Shown: in pieces, positions 25,924-39,744 of the stretch
How the letters are laid out: each line of letters opens with the position of its first letter
Numbering within the stretch: the stretch's first letter is position 1
Assembly (NCBI RefSeq): GCF_006345805.1
Contig: NC_043010.1
Span: 15,996,001-16,060,000 of the forward strand
Length of the DNA: 64,000 bases
Reading direction: 5' to 3'
Source: Octopus sinensis
Taxonomy: Eukaryota
Translations under genes and position numbers: made by a program
The notes under the pieces: model-generated
Told to the model about the DNA's origin: nothing
The model's database searches: none
What the model saw: the letters and a program-made list of their open reading frames with translations, nothing else

Positions 25924-26262
25924 AGTGGTTCCCAAACTTTTTAGAGTCGCGACCCACTATTTATCACACCAGTTTATGACGACCCACTTAACTCTACTGA
26001 GTGACCCACTATTTATCACACTTGTTTATGACGACCCACTTAACTCTACTGAGTGACCCACTATTTATCACACCAGTTTATGACGACCCACTTAACTCTA
26101 CTGAGTGACCCACTATGTATCACACCAGTTTATGACGACCCACTTAACTCTACTGAGTGACCCACTATTTATCACACCAGTTTATGACGACCCACTTAAC
26201 TCTACTGAGTGACCCACTATGTATCACACCAGTTTATGACGACCCACTTAACTCTGCTGAGT
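25924..26262 (+). repeat. hAT-type terminus followed by six tandem copies of a 52-bp unit
   Basis: CAGTGGTTCCCAAACTTTT start. Units begin at 25951, 26003, 26055, 26107, 26159 and 26211; each has two gacccact motifs. Confidence 0.9.
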
Positions 26263-26334
26263 AAAAACTTAATGAAATTAACAAATTTATTTCAGATTAC
26301 ATCTTCAGTGAGGCCTGTTTCTTGCTACGCTCAA

Positions 26335-26371
26335 TTTATGTTAAAAACTGCTGTTCAAACCGAAAAGATCC
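26335..26371 (-). mobile_element. MITE terminal fragment
   Basis: ttatgttaaaaactgctgttcaaaccgaaaagatcc. Confidence 0.75.
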
Positions 26372-26739
26372 TTTGACTCTTTGGGAAATGCAAATAGAGA
26401 TAATTGGAAAGGAAGAGAAGGAGATAGAAAGATAGAGATAGATAGGTAGATAGATAGATAGAGAGAGAGAGAAAAAGAGAGGGGTGAGGGAGAGAGAGAG
26501 AGAGAGAGAGAGTAAAAAATACTAAGAGATCAATCGCTTTTTGGGGCTTCAGTTATCGATTAAGTTGATGTATTTTATCAGTTAGACAAAGACGATATAA
26601 AACTAGGAATTAGTCGCTCTGCATGTACGTTCGCCGAAGATTGGGTCTTGATATCCAGCAATAACAATGTATAATATATCTAAACGAACCTAATTCTTAC
26701 TGTTATTTTAATCTGTTTTTGTGAATGATAATTAAAAAT

Positions 26740-27587
26740 GATGGCATACACACATACGCACATACACACACATACACACACACACAGACATTCACCCACA
26801 GACATTCACACACACAGATATTCACACACACACAGACATTCACACACACACACAGACATTCACACACATACATAACACACACAGACATTCACACACACAC
26901 ATACACAGATATTCACACACACACACACACATTCACACACACACACACAAACATTCACACTCACAACACACAGACATTCACACACAGATATTCACATACA
27001 CACAGACATTCGCACACACACACATTCACACACATACGCATTCACACAGACAGACATTCACACACACACATTCACACACATACGCATTCACACAGACAGA
27101 CATTCACACACACACACACAGACATTCACACACACATTCACACACACAAGCACATACACAGACATTCACACACACAGACATTCACACACACACATTCACA
27201 CACATACGCATTCACACAGACAGACATTCACACACACACATTCACACACATACGCATTCACACAGACAGACATTCACACACACATTCACACACACAAGCA
27301 CATACACACAGACATTCACACACACAGACATTCACACACACACATTCACACACATACGCATTCACACAGACAGACATTCACACACACACATTCACACACA
27401 TACGCATTCACACAGACAGACATTCACACACACATTCACACACACAAGCACATACACACAGACATTCACACACACAGACATTCACACACACACATTCACA
27501 CACACACACAGACATTCACACACACACACAGCACACACACACACACATTCACACACAGACATTCACACACACAGTCACACACACAGA

Positions 27588-27635
<48 letters not shown>

Positions 27636-27650
27636 CACACACACACAAAC
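26740..27650. repeat. CA-rich compound minisatellite (cacagacattcaca units, higher-order repeats)
   Basis: Direct inspection. Confidence 0.95.
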
Positions 27651-28317
27651 ATGCACACGAGTTGTTTCTATATTGCTACGAAGTTATTTCCACCGACTTT
27701 TCTTTCGTTGCCGACCGAGAAGGAAGTTTTACTCGTTTTCCTCGCTTTTCGCCTTCATATTGAAGAGTTTATTTCATTTCACGACTTCCGGCATGCTCAC
27801 TCTTCTGCTGGGAGGTGTGGAGTCTTCGTATTGTGTCGGTGACTGATGAGGGAGTCGGTTGTAACGACAGCTAGATGTTGAAAGATGTGGTGGCGTGTAC
27901 AAAGTGAGTGTGTAATTTTGTTGTGAATATGCATTTAGTTCTGTGACTGCCATTCGGTGGGTTGCGGGTATGAGGAGGTTTATGTACATGTATCTTTTGT
28001 GCGTGTGAGAGAGCGGAAGGGAGACAGGGTGTACTATTTCGGGTGGGATGAAGCTGTGTATAAGAACGGGAGTAGAAGTGTCTTGGTTTGAATGAGTGAA
28101 TGCATGTTTATGTAAATGTAGATTTGTGTCCAGATATGTAGAAGAAGAAGAAGAAGAAGAAGAAGAAGAAGAAGAAGAAGAAGAAGAAGAAGAAGAAGAA
28201 GAAGAAGAAGAAGAAGAAGAAGAAGAAGAATGTCTGCGTGCTTATTGCCTTGAGTGCTACACGCGTAAGATTCAGAAAATATGTTTACATCCATGTGTGT
28301 TTGAGTATGTGTGTGTA

Positions 28318-28749
28318 GGATCTTTTCGGTTTGAACGGCAGTTTTTTCTAGCGGTGTCATGAAAATGTCACCCATAATTATGACCCTAGTATCGATCTAT
28401 TGCATTTCAATCTGTTTTAGGGTTAGGGTTAGTTAGGTTTAGGGTTAGGGGTGGGGAGAAGGGTGTCTTTTTTTCTTCACAAATGTAAATAAACCCAATC
28501 TGTTTCGTAAACGAGGGACATATTCATACAGCACAGAATTTTTTTTTTTACCTCAATGGACGTCAGTGATTGGTTGAAATTGAAGAAATTGAAGAAAAAA
28601 CAACAAATATCTTACAAACTATAGAATTTTCTCAATAAAGCCAAGAGAAAAAGATGTTTTATAAACACATTCTACCAGTATACGAAGTTTAAAATTTTTT
28701 AGTTACCTAGAAATTATGTTAAAAACTGCCGTTCAAACCGAAAAGATCC
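28318..28749 (-). mobile_element. MITE full copy
   Basis: Both TIRs. No matching TSD. Confidence 0.92.
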
Positions 28750-29324
28750 CACATGCCAGCAAAAAACCGCCCGGAGGGCTGTTTTTCTACCAGTCACTCT
28801 AATGGCAGTGACCGAGCAAGGTCACAACCTCTGGCAGAGACAAGAAGAAAGCTGAGTTACATACACGCGCTCGTATGTACGTCTGTTTCGTTATCAGTCG
28901 TAAGTGAGAATGACCTACTAACTTTGAACTACGCTTCCACCAGTATTTTATTTGCTCATTATAGACACGAGCGTGTGTAGACACCCCACAATTCTTCCAC
29001 CCTTGACCGTGGATTTGACAGTTGGAGGAAGGGAGAGGAAAGGAGAGTCGGCTGATACTCATTTTTCTGCAAAGTTGGGGCTGGAGCAACATGAAATGAA
29101 GAACTTGCTCATGGATACATGTTGCTCGGATCAGCATTCGAACACACTATCTTACGATCATGTTCTTAACATCCTAGCTAAGGACCATGCCCTTTTATGC
29201 ATGCACGCACGCCACGCGCGCACACACACACACACACCCACACCCACACATCTCAATGCATCCCAGTATTCGTAAATATGTTGTTGAGTTGGTGTGTTGG
29301 TGTGAATAAACCGAAGTGTGTGTA

Positions 29325-29800
29325 TCTCAGTTGGAGAACTTTTGGAATGTTTTACAAATCTTCACTGTGCCACTAATAATAGATCGGATTTGGAGAATCC
29401 GCCTCAGTTTCTTTTGTTCTTTCTTCGGGAAACAGAATATTTCTAGGGTTTTGGTGCAAATCTGTTGGTACATAACCTAATGCACCTATGATGATAGATA
29501 CAAATGAGAATCCATAGTCAGGGTACAAGAGCTGTGAGTTTTTCAGTAATTCGCCACAAATGTTCTTTTTCCTGGATTTTTAACTGTGCATTCGCATCCG
29601 CTGTTCAGCTGACCTCTACAACAGTGTATGACTGTTTGTCCCTGTCCCACAGAACAATATCAGTTCTGTTATGTTTGCACCGAAGTGATGCTTTTATTGA
29701 GGTGTTCCTTGTTTTTGAGGTTATAGATACCTGATGGTTCTGACATGCTTTTGATGCTTATATCAGGAGAGTCCTTCCTGCGGATAGCATTGTAAACAGA
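29325..29800 (-). mobile_element. R4/Dong-like LINE 3' end (restriction-like endonuclease), degenerate
   Basis: HNRTDIVLWDRDKQSYTVVEVS*TAD...KIQEKE...LLYPDYGFSFVSIIIGALGYV...SGTVKICKTF. Confidence 0.8.
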
Positions 29801-29863
29801 CTTTGTATGTATGTATCCATGTATGTATGTATGTATGTATGTATGTATGTATGTATGTATGTA

Positions 29864-29909
<46 letters not shown>

Positions 29910-30074
29910 TGTGTGTGTATTTCATCATTCAGGTTTATTTCAAGATTTCTTGCCAATAAAGAGTCGGTTTCTAATCTGGATCCAAGGCGCCTTCATTGGA
30001 ATTTCAACATCATTAGGGTATGTATATATGTATGTATGTGTGTATGTGTGTATGTATGTATAGGTGCAAATTTG

Positions 30075-30482
30075 TATGTTTTGTTTAATGTATGCATTCT
30101 CATGCATATAGGTTATATATCTAGACATGCTCATATATATTTAAATGATAAACTTCTGGAAAGTTTTACAGATTTTTACAATTCCAGTGATAGATTGGAT
30201 ATGTAGTCTTCGAATCAGCTTCTCCTTTCTGGTTTTTGAGAAGCTGAATTTCTCAAGATTGGTATTTAGGCAGTATGTTACATATCTCAATGTCCCAATA
30301 AATACAGGTATAAACCCGAACTTGTAATCTGGATGGAGTAACTGCAGATTTCTCAATAGTTCAGCATAGGTATTATGAGTGGCTATGGCTTCTACCAGAT
30401 TGTGGGTTTTTATTGTTTTTTGTCTCCATGATTATCCTTCCGACGGATTTAATTATAGAGTGTCCTAGCTACAACGATGTCT
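30075..30482 (-). mobile_element. R4/Dong-like LINE 3' end, second copy
   Basis: YAELLRNLQLLHPDYKFGFIPVFIGTL...QSITGIVKICKTFQKFII*, then a 3' UTR running into (TACA)n. Confidence 0.8.
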
Positions 30483-30654
30483 CATCGGTATGTATATCTG
30501 TCTGTCTGTCTGTCTGTCTGTATGTATGTATGTATGTATGTATGTATGTATGCATGCATGTATGTATGTATGTATATATGTATGTATGTATGTATGCATG
30601 CATGCATCTATCGATCGATCTGTCTGTTTGTCTATCTATCTATCTATCTATCTA

Positions 30655-30708
<54 letters not shown>

Positions 30709-30755
30709 ATTGTAATATATACATATACATACATACACGCACAAGTATATATATA

Positions 30756-30795
<40 letters not shown>

Positions 30796-31232
30796 TAGAT
30801 ATATGTATATACATACATATATACACACACTTACACGTATGAACACCTACTTACGCACACACACAGTAACACACGCGCATCACACACGCGCACACGTCTC
30901 TATAATTAACAAAAAAATATCCACGAAATGTGTCCCAAGTTCTTATGGAACTGATTGCAGTTTCGAGTTTTGAAAACAGCTTTCGGATTTCGTTTCGCTC
31001 TTCGCCATGACAGAGAAGAAACCGATTGCAACTTCGTAGGAAACGTTTATTCTTCAACACGGTTATAACTAAGCTGTTTACCGTCGTTGTTAAGCATTCA
31101 TTAGTAAACTAGGGCAACAATTGTTGAGAAATTTACCACTGCGCCGACACTGCGGGGTCTTTTTTTCTTTTTAATTGCTTTGCCGAAGTACACACACGCA
31201 CACACACACACACATACAATCACACACACACA

Positions 31233-31274
<42 letters not shown>

Positions 31275-31403
31275 ACACACACATGTACACACACACACTC
31301 GTACTTACGTACGTATGTATGTATGTACGTATGCAATTAAAACATAATGTAGCCTTGCTGTCAGAATGGAACTGACATGAATATGGAAATTGTGAATTAA
31401 GAT

Positions 31404-31450
<47 letters not shown>

Positions 31451-31708
31451 CAAAGACAAGTACGCATACTGAAAAATGCACAGGCATACACATACATATG
31501 TATATGCATAGCTATGTGTGTATATGCGCGTGAAAATGTGTTAATGCTGGTGAAATATCTCTCAAAACAAGAAAATATTCCATGTGTAAAGATATTTTAA
31601 AATGAAATAAGCAAGACAAAACTACGTATGAGTGACGATAATGATACATATACGTACATGCATACATACATACGGACATGCATACACACACATACATACA
31701 TACATACA

Positions 31709-31742
<34 letters not shown>

Positions 31743-31784
31743 CGTACATGTGTGCGTGTGTGTCTTTAGATATTTTTGGTCAAG

Positions 31785-32216
31785 GGAACTTTTCGGTTTG
31801 AATGGCAGTTTGTAACATAATTTCTAGGTAACTAAAAAATTTTAAACTTCGTATACTGGTAGAATGTGTTTATAAAACATCTTTTTCTCTTGGCTTTATT
31901 GAGAAAATTCTATAGTTTGTAAGATATTTGTTGTTTTTTTTCTTCAATTTCTGCAATTTCAACCAATCAATGACCATCTATTGAGGTAAAAAAAACATTC
32001 TGTTCCGTATGAACATGTCCCTCGTTTAAGAAACAGACTGGGTTTATTTACATTTGTGAAAAAAAAAACTCCTTCCCCAACCCCTAACCCAAACCCTAAC
32101 TAACCCTAACCCTAAAACAGATTGAAATGCAATAGATCGATACTAGGGTCATAATTATGGGTGACAATTTCATATGACACCGCTAGAAAAAACTGCCGTT
32201 CAAACCGAAAAGATCC
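31785..32216 (+). mobile_element. MITE full copy, TSD tggtcaag
   Basis: tggtcaag at 31777-31784 and 32217-32224. Confidence 0.93.
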
Positions 32217-32289
32217 TGGTCAAGTTCTTATTTTAGTGAACTAAATAATTTATGTATGATTATATATACAATAGTATCAACTTCACCAT

Positions 32290-33075
32290 GGAATACAGTA
32301 AAACTCAACTACCATTCCTGGACATATGAATCATCAAACATTCACTACAAACAAACAGATTCCAAACAATCCCTACTGTTCTTCTCATGCCATTCCAAGC
32401 CATCGAAGAATAATATTCCATTTACTCTAGCAAAAAGAATCTGCACAATTGTCTCAAACTCTGAAACTCGCAATATAAGACATCAGGAATTAAAACGGAT
32501 CTTTTAGGTTTGAACGACAGTTTTTTCTAGCGGTGTCATATGAGATTGTCACCCATAATTATGACCCTAGGGTTAGAGTTAGGGGTGGGGGGAAGGGTAT
32601 CTTTTTTTCTTCACAAATGTAAATAAACCCAAATCTGTTTCTTAAACGAGGGATATACTCATACGGCACAGAATGTTTTTTTACCTCAGTAGACGTCAGT
32701 GATTGGTTGAAATTGCAGAAATTGAAGAAAAAACAACAACAAATATCGTACAAACTATAGAATTTTCTCAATAAAGCCAAGAGAAAAAGATGTTTTATAA
32801 ACACATTCTACCAGTATACGAAGTTTAAAAATTTTTTAGTTACCTAGAAATTATGTTAAAAACTGCCGTTCAAACCGAAAAGATCCATTAAAACTAATAC
32901 TACTTAAAAGACAACGGAACGTTTCAAAGCGATAGATATTAAAGAACTATGAAAAACACACCAGATACACCCGATACTCTACCCTTTATTACAACACAAC
33001 CTAAAAAACACAGAACATTATCCACCAGAACATTCCGCTACTGAGATAAGACCCAAGAATAAAACAAGAGCTATG
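32290..33075 (+). mobile_element. Neptune-type PLE thumb fragment interrupted by a MITE
   Basis: NIHYKQTDSKQSLLFFSCHSKPSKNNIPFTLAKRICTIVS...RHQELK|LILLKRQ. Confidence 0.8.
32497..32886 (-). mobile_element. MITE full copy, TSD attaaaac
   Basis: attaaaac at 32489-32496 and 32887-32894. Confidence 0.93.
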
Positions 33076-33405
33076 GAAGTTTTCCCTAGGGTGTTCCTTG
33101 TTCGGATCTTTGAGCAAGTCGGTTGGTCGGGTCTACTTGTTGTTTAAGGGGCAAGTCTTGTAAGGCTTTTCCAGCATTTTTACTTTTTTCTAAAATCCCA
33201 AAGTCAAAGGGACATTTTCCTTTCAAGGTATGTATATGTCTGTAGTAAAAGTCTGTCTATACGCGCGCGCGCGCGCTTGTGTATGTGTATGTGTGCGTAT
33301 TCAAGGAAGTTCTTTTTCACTAACGGCTATATTTTTGTTACTTGTCACTCCTCCATCTATTTTTAAAAAATGACGTTGGTCACTTTATCTTCTGTGCTTG
33401 GCAAG

Positions 33406-33842
33406 ACGGTGAGCTGGCAGAAACGTTAGCACGCTGGACGAAGTGCTTAGCGGTATTTCGTCTGCCGTTACGGTCTGAGTTCAAATTCCGCCAATGCTTA
33501 GCAATATTTCGTCTGCCGTTACTTTCTGAGTTCAAATTCCGCCGAGGTCGACTTTGCCTTTCATCCTTTCGGGGTCGATAAATTAAGTACCAGTTACGCA
33601 CTGGGGTCGATATAATCGACTTAATCCGTTTGTCTGTCCTTGTCCCCTCTGTGTTTAGCCGCTTGTGGGTAGTAAAGAAATAGGTATTTCGTCTGCCGCT
33701 ACGTTCTGAGTTCAAATTCTGCCGAGGTCGACTTTGCCTTTCATCCTTTCGGGCGTTGATAAATTAAGTACCAGTTGCGTACTGGGGTCGGTCTAATCGA
33801 CTGGCATCCTGCCCCCCAAAATTTCAGGCCTGTGCCTAGAGT
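33406..33842 (+). mobile_element. SINE family A multimer whose last unit is of a different subtype
   Basis: Head, partial re-initiation, full body, then a body ending ...aatcgactggcatcctgccccccaaaatttcaggcc...agaaaag. Confidence 0.85.
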
Positions 33843-34139
33843 AGAAAAGGTTATCTTGTGTGCTTTGCTGTTTTTGCACATCTTTGCACTGGTTTTGTGT
33901 TTCCCTATTTACTAACCGTGGTTGTGTGTTTCAGATTTCTGTTGTTGTTGTTACTGATTTTGTTGTTGTTGTTGAGAAAGTGGGGGCGCTACGGATGTGT
34001 TGTATGCTTGGGGAACCTCTAGCACCCATTTGAACAAACTGGTTTTCATCTTGAAGCGGCTGTTCTCTCCTGTTAGCACTGAAATGAAAAATATAGTCTT
34101 CAGTCTTCAATTGATGCTATAGTGGCACCACTTATTAGT

Positions 34140-34385
34140 AAGGTGAGGGCAGCTTCAGGAAAGTGCAGCATAAAACGAGGGAGAACTCAAGTGTTGGAAT
34201 AAATACAAAGAAACGAATATTAAAATGCCCTCATCTCGCCGACTCTCCTTTATAATGCAGAAACTTGGACCCTGCAACAGTCCTGTATTAAGGAAGATTT
34301 TGCGCATGAAGTGGTACGATAAAGTTCCCAGTGCTCTCAAGTGTGCCGATGGTCCCAGTTTGTTTGCTAAGCTCAACCAAATTTA
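34140..34385 (+). mobile_element. Degenerate RTE-like ORF fragment
   Basis: SPTLLYNAETWTL and ILRMKWYDKV motifs. Confidence 0.6.
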
Positions 34386-34493
34386 GCTGCATTGACATTA
34401 GGGGCAGGTGAACATAATGTGTAATTTGTGAAAAAATACTATTTTACCATAAAAAGCCTTTGAAATTACACACCCACACCCACACACACACAC

Positions 34494-34935
34494 GGATCTT
34501 TTCGGTTTGAACGGCAGTTTTTAACATAATTTCTAGGTAACTAAATACTTTTAAACTTCGTATACTGGTAGAATGTGTTTATAAAACATCTTTTTCTCTT
34601 GGCTTTATTGAGAAAATTCTATGGTTTGTTGATTTTTTTTCTTCAATTTCTGCAATTTCAACCAATCACTGACATCCATTGAGGTAAACAACATTCTGTG
34701 CCGTATGAATATGTCCCTCGTTTAAGAAACATATTGGGTTTGTTTACATTTCTGAAGAAAATAAGATACCCTTCCCCCCACTACTAATCCTAACTAACGC
34801 TAACCCTAACCAACCCTAACTAACCTAACCCTAAAATAGATTGAAATGCAATAGATCGATACTAGGGTCATAATTATGGGTGACAATTTCATATGACACC
34901 GCTAGAAAAAACTGCCGTTCAAACCGAAAAGATCC
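34494..34935 (+). mobile_element. MITE full copy inserted in a CA tract
   Basis: Both TIRs. Confidence 0.92.
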
Positions 34936-35299
34936 CCACCCACACACACACGTATTGAATAACACAAGCAGAGAATACATTTACAACTCCGAGTTTCTCG
35001 ACAGTGATTTATTCGATACTCGCTGTCGTTCTTCAGTTGTTGCAAGCGTCGTCACGGCGTGTTTGGACGGTTTTGAACAAGAGTAAGGAAAAAGAAAAAA
35101 AGAAAAGAAAAACAGCCTTTGATGTGTTCCTGATTAGAAGGAAATAAAAAAATATATAAAATAAAGGAAGATAAAATACGATTTCGTAATTGTTTTTTTT
35201 TAGTTTTAATTTAATTTAAACATTTTTTAAAATTAAAAATTTTGCCATTATTTTTCTTCATTCTTTATTTTATCTTTTTTTCTTTGTTCTTTGTTTTCT

Positions 35300-35328
35300 T
35301 TATACATACACAAACATACACACACACA

Positions 35329-35359
<31 letters not shown>

Positions 35360-35554
35360 TCTCTCTCACACATACACACACACACACACACACTCTCTCT
35401 CACACACACTCGCTCTCACACACACTCTCTCTCTCACACACTCTTTCTCTCTCACACACACACACCCTCTCTCTCTCACACACACTCTCTCTTTGACATA
35501 CATACACACACACACACACACACTCTCTCTCTCTCTCTCACACATACACACACA

Positions 35555-35587
<33 letters not shown>

Positions 35588-36145
35588 TCTCTCTCTCTCT
35601 TTCTCTCTCGCACACACACACACTCTCTCTCGCTCTCTCACATACACACACATACTCTCTCTCTCACATACATACACACACACACACTCTCTCTCTCACA
35701 TACACACACACACACTCTCTCTCTCACATACACACACACACACTCTCTCTCTCTCACACACACACACTCTCTCTCACATACACACACATACTCTCACTCA
35801 CATACACACACACTCTCTCTCTCATATACACACACACACATACTCTCTCTCACACACACATACATACACACTCTCTCTCACATACACACACACACACTCT
35901 CTCTCTCACACACACACACACTCTCTCTCGCTCTCTCTCTCACACACACACACACTCTCTCTCACATACACACCACACACACACATACACACACTCTCTC
36001 TCTCACATACACACACACTCTCTCTCTCACATACACACACACACTCTCTCTCTCTCTCTCACATACACACACACCCTCTCTCTCTCTCACACACACACAC
36101 ACCCTCTCTCTCTCTTTCACACACACTCTCTCTTTCACACACATG
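35300..36145. repeat. Compound (CA)n(CT)n satellite
   Basis: Direct inspection. Confidence 0.95.
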
Positions 36146-36786
36146 TGAATGAAAATAGGTATTTTTTTTTATTCTACATGTCAGTGTCTCCCACTCACAT
36201 CCTCCGACGTTCCTTCATTCACATCTCCATCCCACATTCACATGCAAGAAGAAAGCGTGTGACTTTAAATATTTATATGCTTTCAGAGACCATTTCTTAA
36301 GACTAGCAGAACTTTTAGTCTCTTGTTTTCGGTATCTATCTGAAATTAGATGATTCCATTGACAGGTGAAACCAAGCTATCAATTCCGTCTTTTTTCTCT
36401 TTGACATAAACTATGCAAACTCACTTGATGCTAATAAAAGATTGGCAGAATTCTTGAATCTGTTTTAAGTTTTTAATGTTAAAAATTCCATCAAGTACGT
36501 TTTTTTTTCTTATTTTGTTTATTTTTGTATTTGTTTTATATCGCTTGACTTTACAATAGCAGAATCGGTTATAGCATTCCATCAGGCAACTCTCTTGTTC
36601 TCTGCATTTCTGTCTAATGCATGTATGTATGTATGTATGTATGTATGTATGTGTATGTATGTATGTATGTATGTATGTATGTATGTATGCAACTATGTAT
36701 ATATGTATGTATATATGTATGTATGTATGTATGCATGTATGTATGTATGTATGTATGTATGTATGTATGCGTCTATCTATCCATCC

Positions 36787-36833
<47 letters not shown>

Positions 36834-36902
36834 ATCTGTTGTGTGTGTGTGCGTGTGTGTGTGTTTGTGTATACATGTATCTATTTATCTATATGTACTT
36901 AT

Positions 36903-36937
<35 letters not shown>

Positions 36938-37379
36938 TGTATATGACATATACATATATGTGCTAAATACACCCCACCAAGACCTGTGAAGAAAATTAAG
37001 TGCAGAATTCCCCAAAACAGAAAAAAAAAAACGATTATCAGAAAAATAAAAAAGAATTTACAATTTACCAATATTGCCCCTCCGTAAAATCCCAAATTTT
37101 ATTTAATTTGCTTTGCGGGAGCAACTGTTTTATCAAACGCGTATATTGTTGTTAAATGCTCGAAATGCGAGACTAGAGAAACAGCCAACAACTGATGAAG
37201 AGTTGTTCTCTATGTTGTTTATTTTGTTTTCCATTTGTGTCTTTCGTTGTTCGAAAAAATAGTTCATATTCCATCTACTCGTACTTCGTATCTTTTTTGT
37301 TGTACACGTTTCATGACGTCCTGTATCCATATGTGCAATATATATATTATGTATATATAATATATATATATATGTGTGT

Positions 37380-37455
<76 letters not shown>

Positions 37456-38164
37456 TTTATTTAAAAGCAGCAGGAAATTAACAAAAGCTGGTACTCGGAG
37501 TTTCCGACGAACGGGAACGTGAAACACCGAGTAACACCTTTTGTTAAACTTCTGCTGCGTTTAAATAAAGTATATTACTCCACCTCTGGTATTTGAGTAC
37601 TCTTTTTTCCTCCTTGTTTCACATATATGTGTTTACTCCGGTATATATATATATATATATATGTATAGGTAAAAAAATACAAACTTGGACAAGAACACGG
37701 ACGGGACATTCGAAGCCTTCAATCTTCAGTCAAGAACCGGATCATCCTCGCAATTTCGGCTGATTAATCTTGAGATTGCTCCGACCTGGCCAGCCCCAAA
37801 GGAAAATCTAAGCCAAGCGCATTAGATTCCTTGGAAGAAAGCCTCGAATGTATACAAAACAAGGACGAGGAAACGGACGATGTTACACGAATAAGAATAC
37901 AAAAATACGTAAAAACAATAATGATAACACGAATAAGAATACGAAAATACGTAAAAACAATAATGATAATAATAATAACAAAAATAGGACGTCACAGACA
38001 GGCGTCTTTTCGACAGGACGGGTGAACTTTGAGCTGGCGCGTTAGTAAAATGCCTTGGCAAAGAGAGAAAAAATGTGTCTTGCCGCGACGGCTGATATAT
38101 ATATATATATATATTATTTATATTATTATATGATTGAACGCATCCTCTTCCAAGTAAGTTTTGC

Positions 38165-38774
38165 GATTTAGAAGTCACGAGTTTATTGTTACCTGGCTGT
38201 AAAGATTGTCCGAAACCATATTTGAGTGACGTAGGCTCTGTGAGAAGGTATTGGGTCTTTTTGAAACACATGGTTTCTACTGCATACTTCATTCATTCAG
38301 GGTTTACATCTATTTCCAGCACCTCAACAAATCCAGTAGCATTAATTCTAAAATCCTAAGAGAAAGATGTGAAGTGGCAAGACATGACCTTCGGATACTC
38401 ACTGTCCAGAAACCATTACAGTTACTGCAAACTTAGTGTGCATCACCCTGTGGACACCAGAAAGAGGTGCTAATAACCATTTGTAATTTCTTCTGTTAGA
38501 CTCTTTACTCTTTTTACTTGTTTCAGTCATTTGACTGTGGCCATGCTGGAGCACCGCCTTTAGTCGAGCAAATCGACCCCGGGACTTATTCTTTGTAAGC
38601 CTAGTACTTATTCTATCGGGCTCCTTTTACCGAACGGCTAACTTACGGGGACGTAAACACATCAGCATCGGTTGTCAAGCGATGTTGGTGGGACAAACAC
38701 AGACACAGACACAGACACAGACACACAACACACACACACACACACACCACACATATATATATATATATATATAA

Positions 38775-38816
<42 letters not shown>

Positions 38817-39540
38817 TACGACGGTCTCCTTTCAGTTTCCATCTACCAAATCCACTCACAAGGCTTTGGTCGGCCCGAGGCTATAGTAGAAGGCACTTGC
38901 CCAAGGTGCCACGCAGTGGGACTGAACCGGAACCATGTGGCTCGTAAGCAAGCAACTTACCACACAGCCACTCCTACGCCTTTTGATGTTTGTTGAAGTT
39001 TTTCTCATCAGAAGAACCAAAGCGGAACAAGTTCGTCGTTGGGTGGTTTTAAGCTCGTTCAATAACCGCTTGATACGAATCAAACGGTTTCCCCGTGTCT
39101 TTGCAGACATGACTTGGCCCCTATTCATTGCATGCAACTTATATCAAATGTCCTTGTGTACCACAATCCTGACTGTCCACTCCGACACCTGAAGTTGATT
39201 CCCGGGGGCTTCATCATCGATAATCTTTTGAATTCCTTTCGATGAAGTGCAGCGTTCTTATTGTGTCCGACCGTTTAGAATGGTTTTCTCTTTGATGGAA
39301 TTCCACCGAACTGTGTCTACAAAAGATCTTGCAACGTTCAGAAAGTCGAAATTACCAAATTTTTGTGTTCTGCACTTATGGCAACAATTGCTGCATGTCT
39401 TCTCATTTCTTGTATTGGCATTTTATCTGCTATGAGGTGGGGGGGGGGTCTGAATGGAATGAAATGAAAAAAATAAACTTAATTGGTTTGATGAAGTGGT
39501 AAACTAACAGGTGTTCTCAAATACCCCTCTCACCCTGTAC
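38165..39540 (-). mobile_element. Tc1/mariner maT-like (DD37D) transposon relic split by SINE-B
   Basis: TA|CAGGGTG terminus at ~39540. SKRSDTIRT, WFFSDEKNFNKHQK|SNRRNYKW (rejoined across the SINE), VMHTKFAVTVMV, SEGHVLP, VFQKD..PSHRAYVTQ. Confidence 0.8.
38495..38985 (-). mobile_element. SINE family B
   Basis: Reverse-complement head, microsatellite and tail. Confidence 0.9.
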
Positions 39541-39744
39541 GTATTCATACATACATACATAAATACATACGTACAAACATACAATCATACATACATACAC
39601 ACACAGAGAGAGGCTTAGGCACCGAATTCCACTCAATCGGTCAATTCGAGGCTAAGAGAGATGACATCCAATCTTTGGTGGAGTGGGATCGAACATGGAC
39701 CCCCGTGGTTATGCAGTGAACATCTTAAACACACAGCCATACAC

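Noticed and set aside
25951-26262. CRISPR-like regular array
   Set aside because: Units are identical tandem repeats without unique spacers, in a eukaryotic context, attached to a hAT end.
29605-29607. TGA at a Cys position (VEVS*) in the R4-like relic
   Set aside because: The element is heavily decayed, so this is an ordinary nonsense mutation. It serves as a caution for the Sec hypothesis.
37178-37215. GAAAC...CTGATGA-agag/ctct motif (similar at ~2548-2570, minus strand)
   Set aside because: Core halves are in an order and spacing incompatible with any hammerhead topology.
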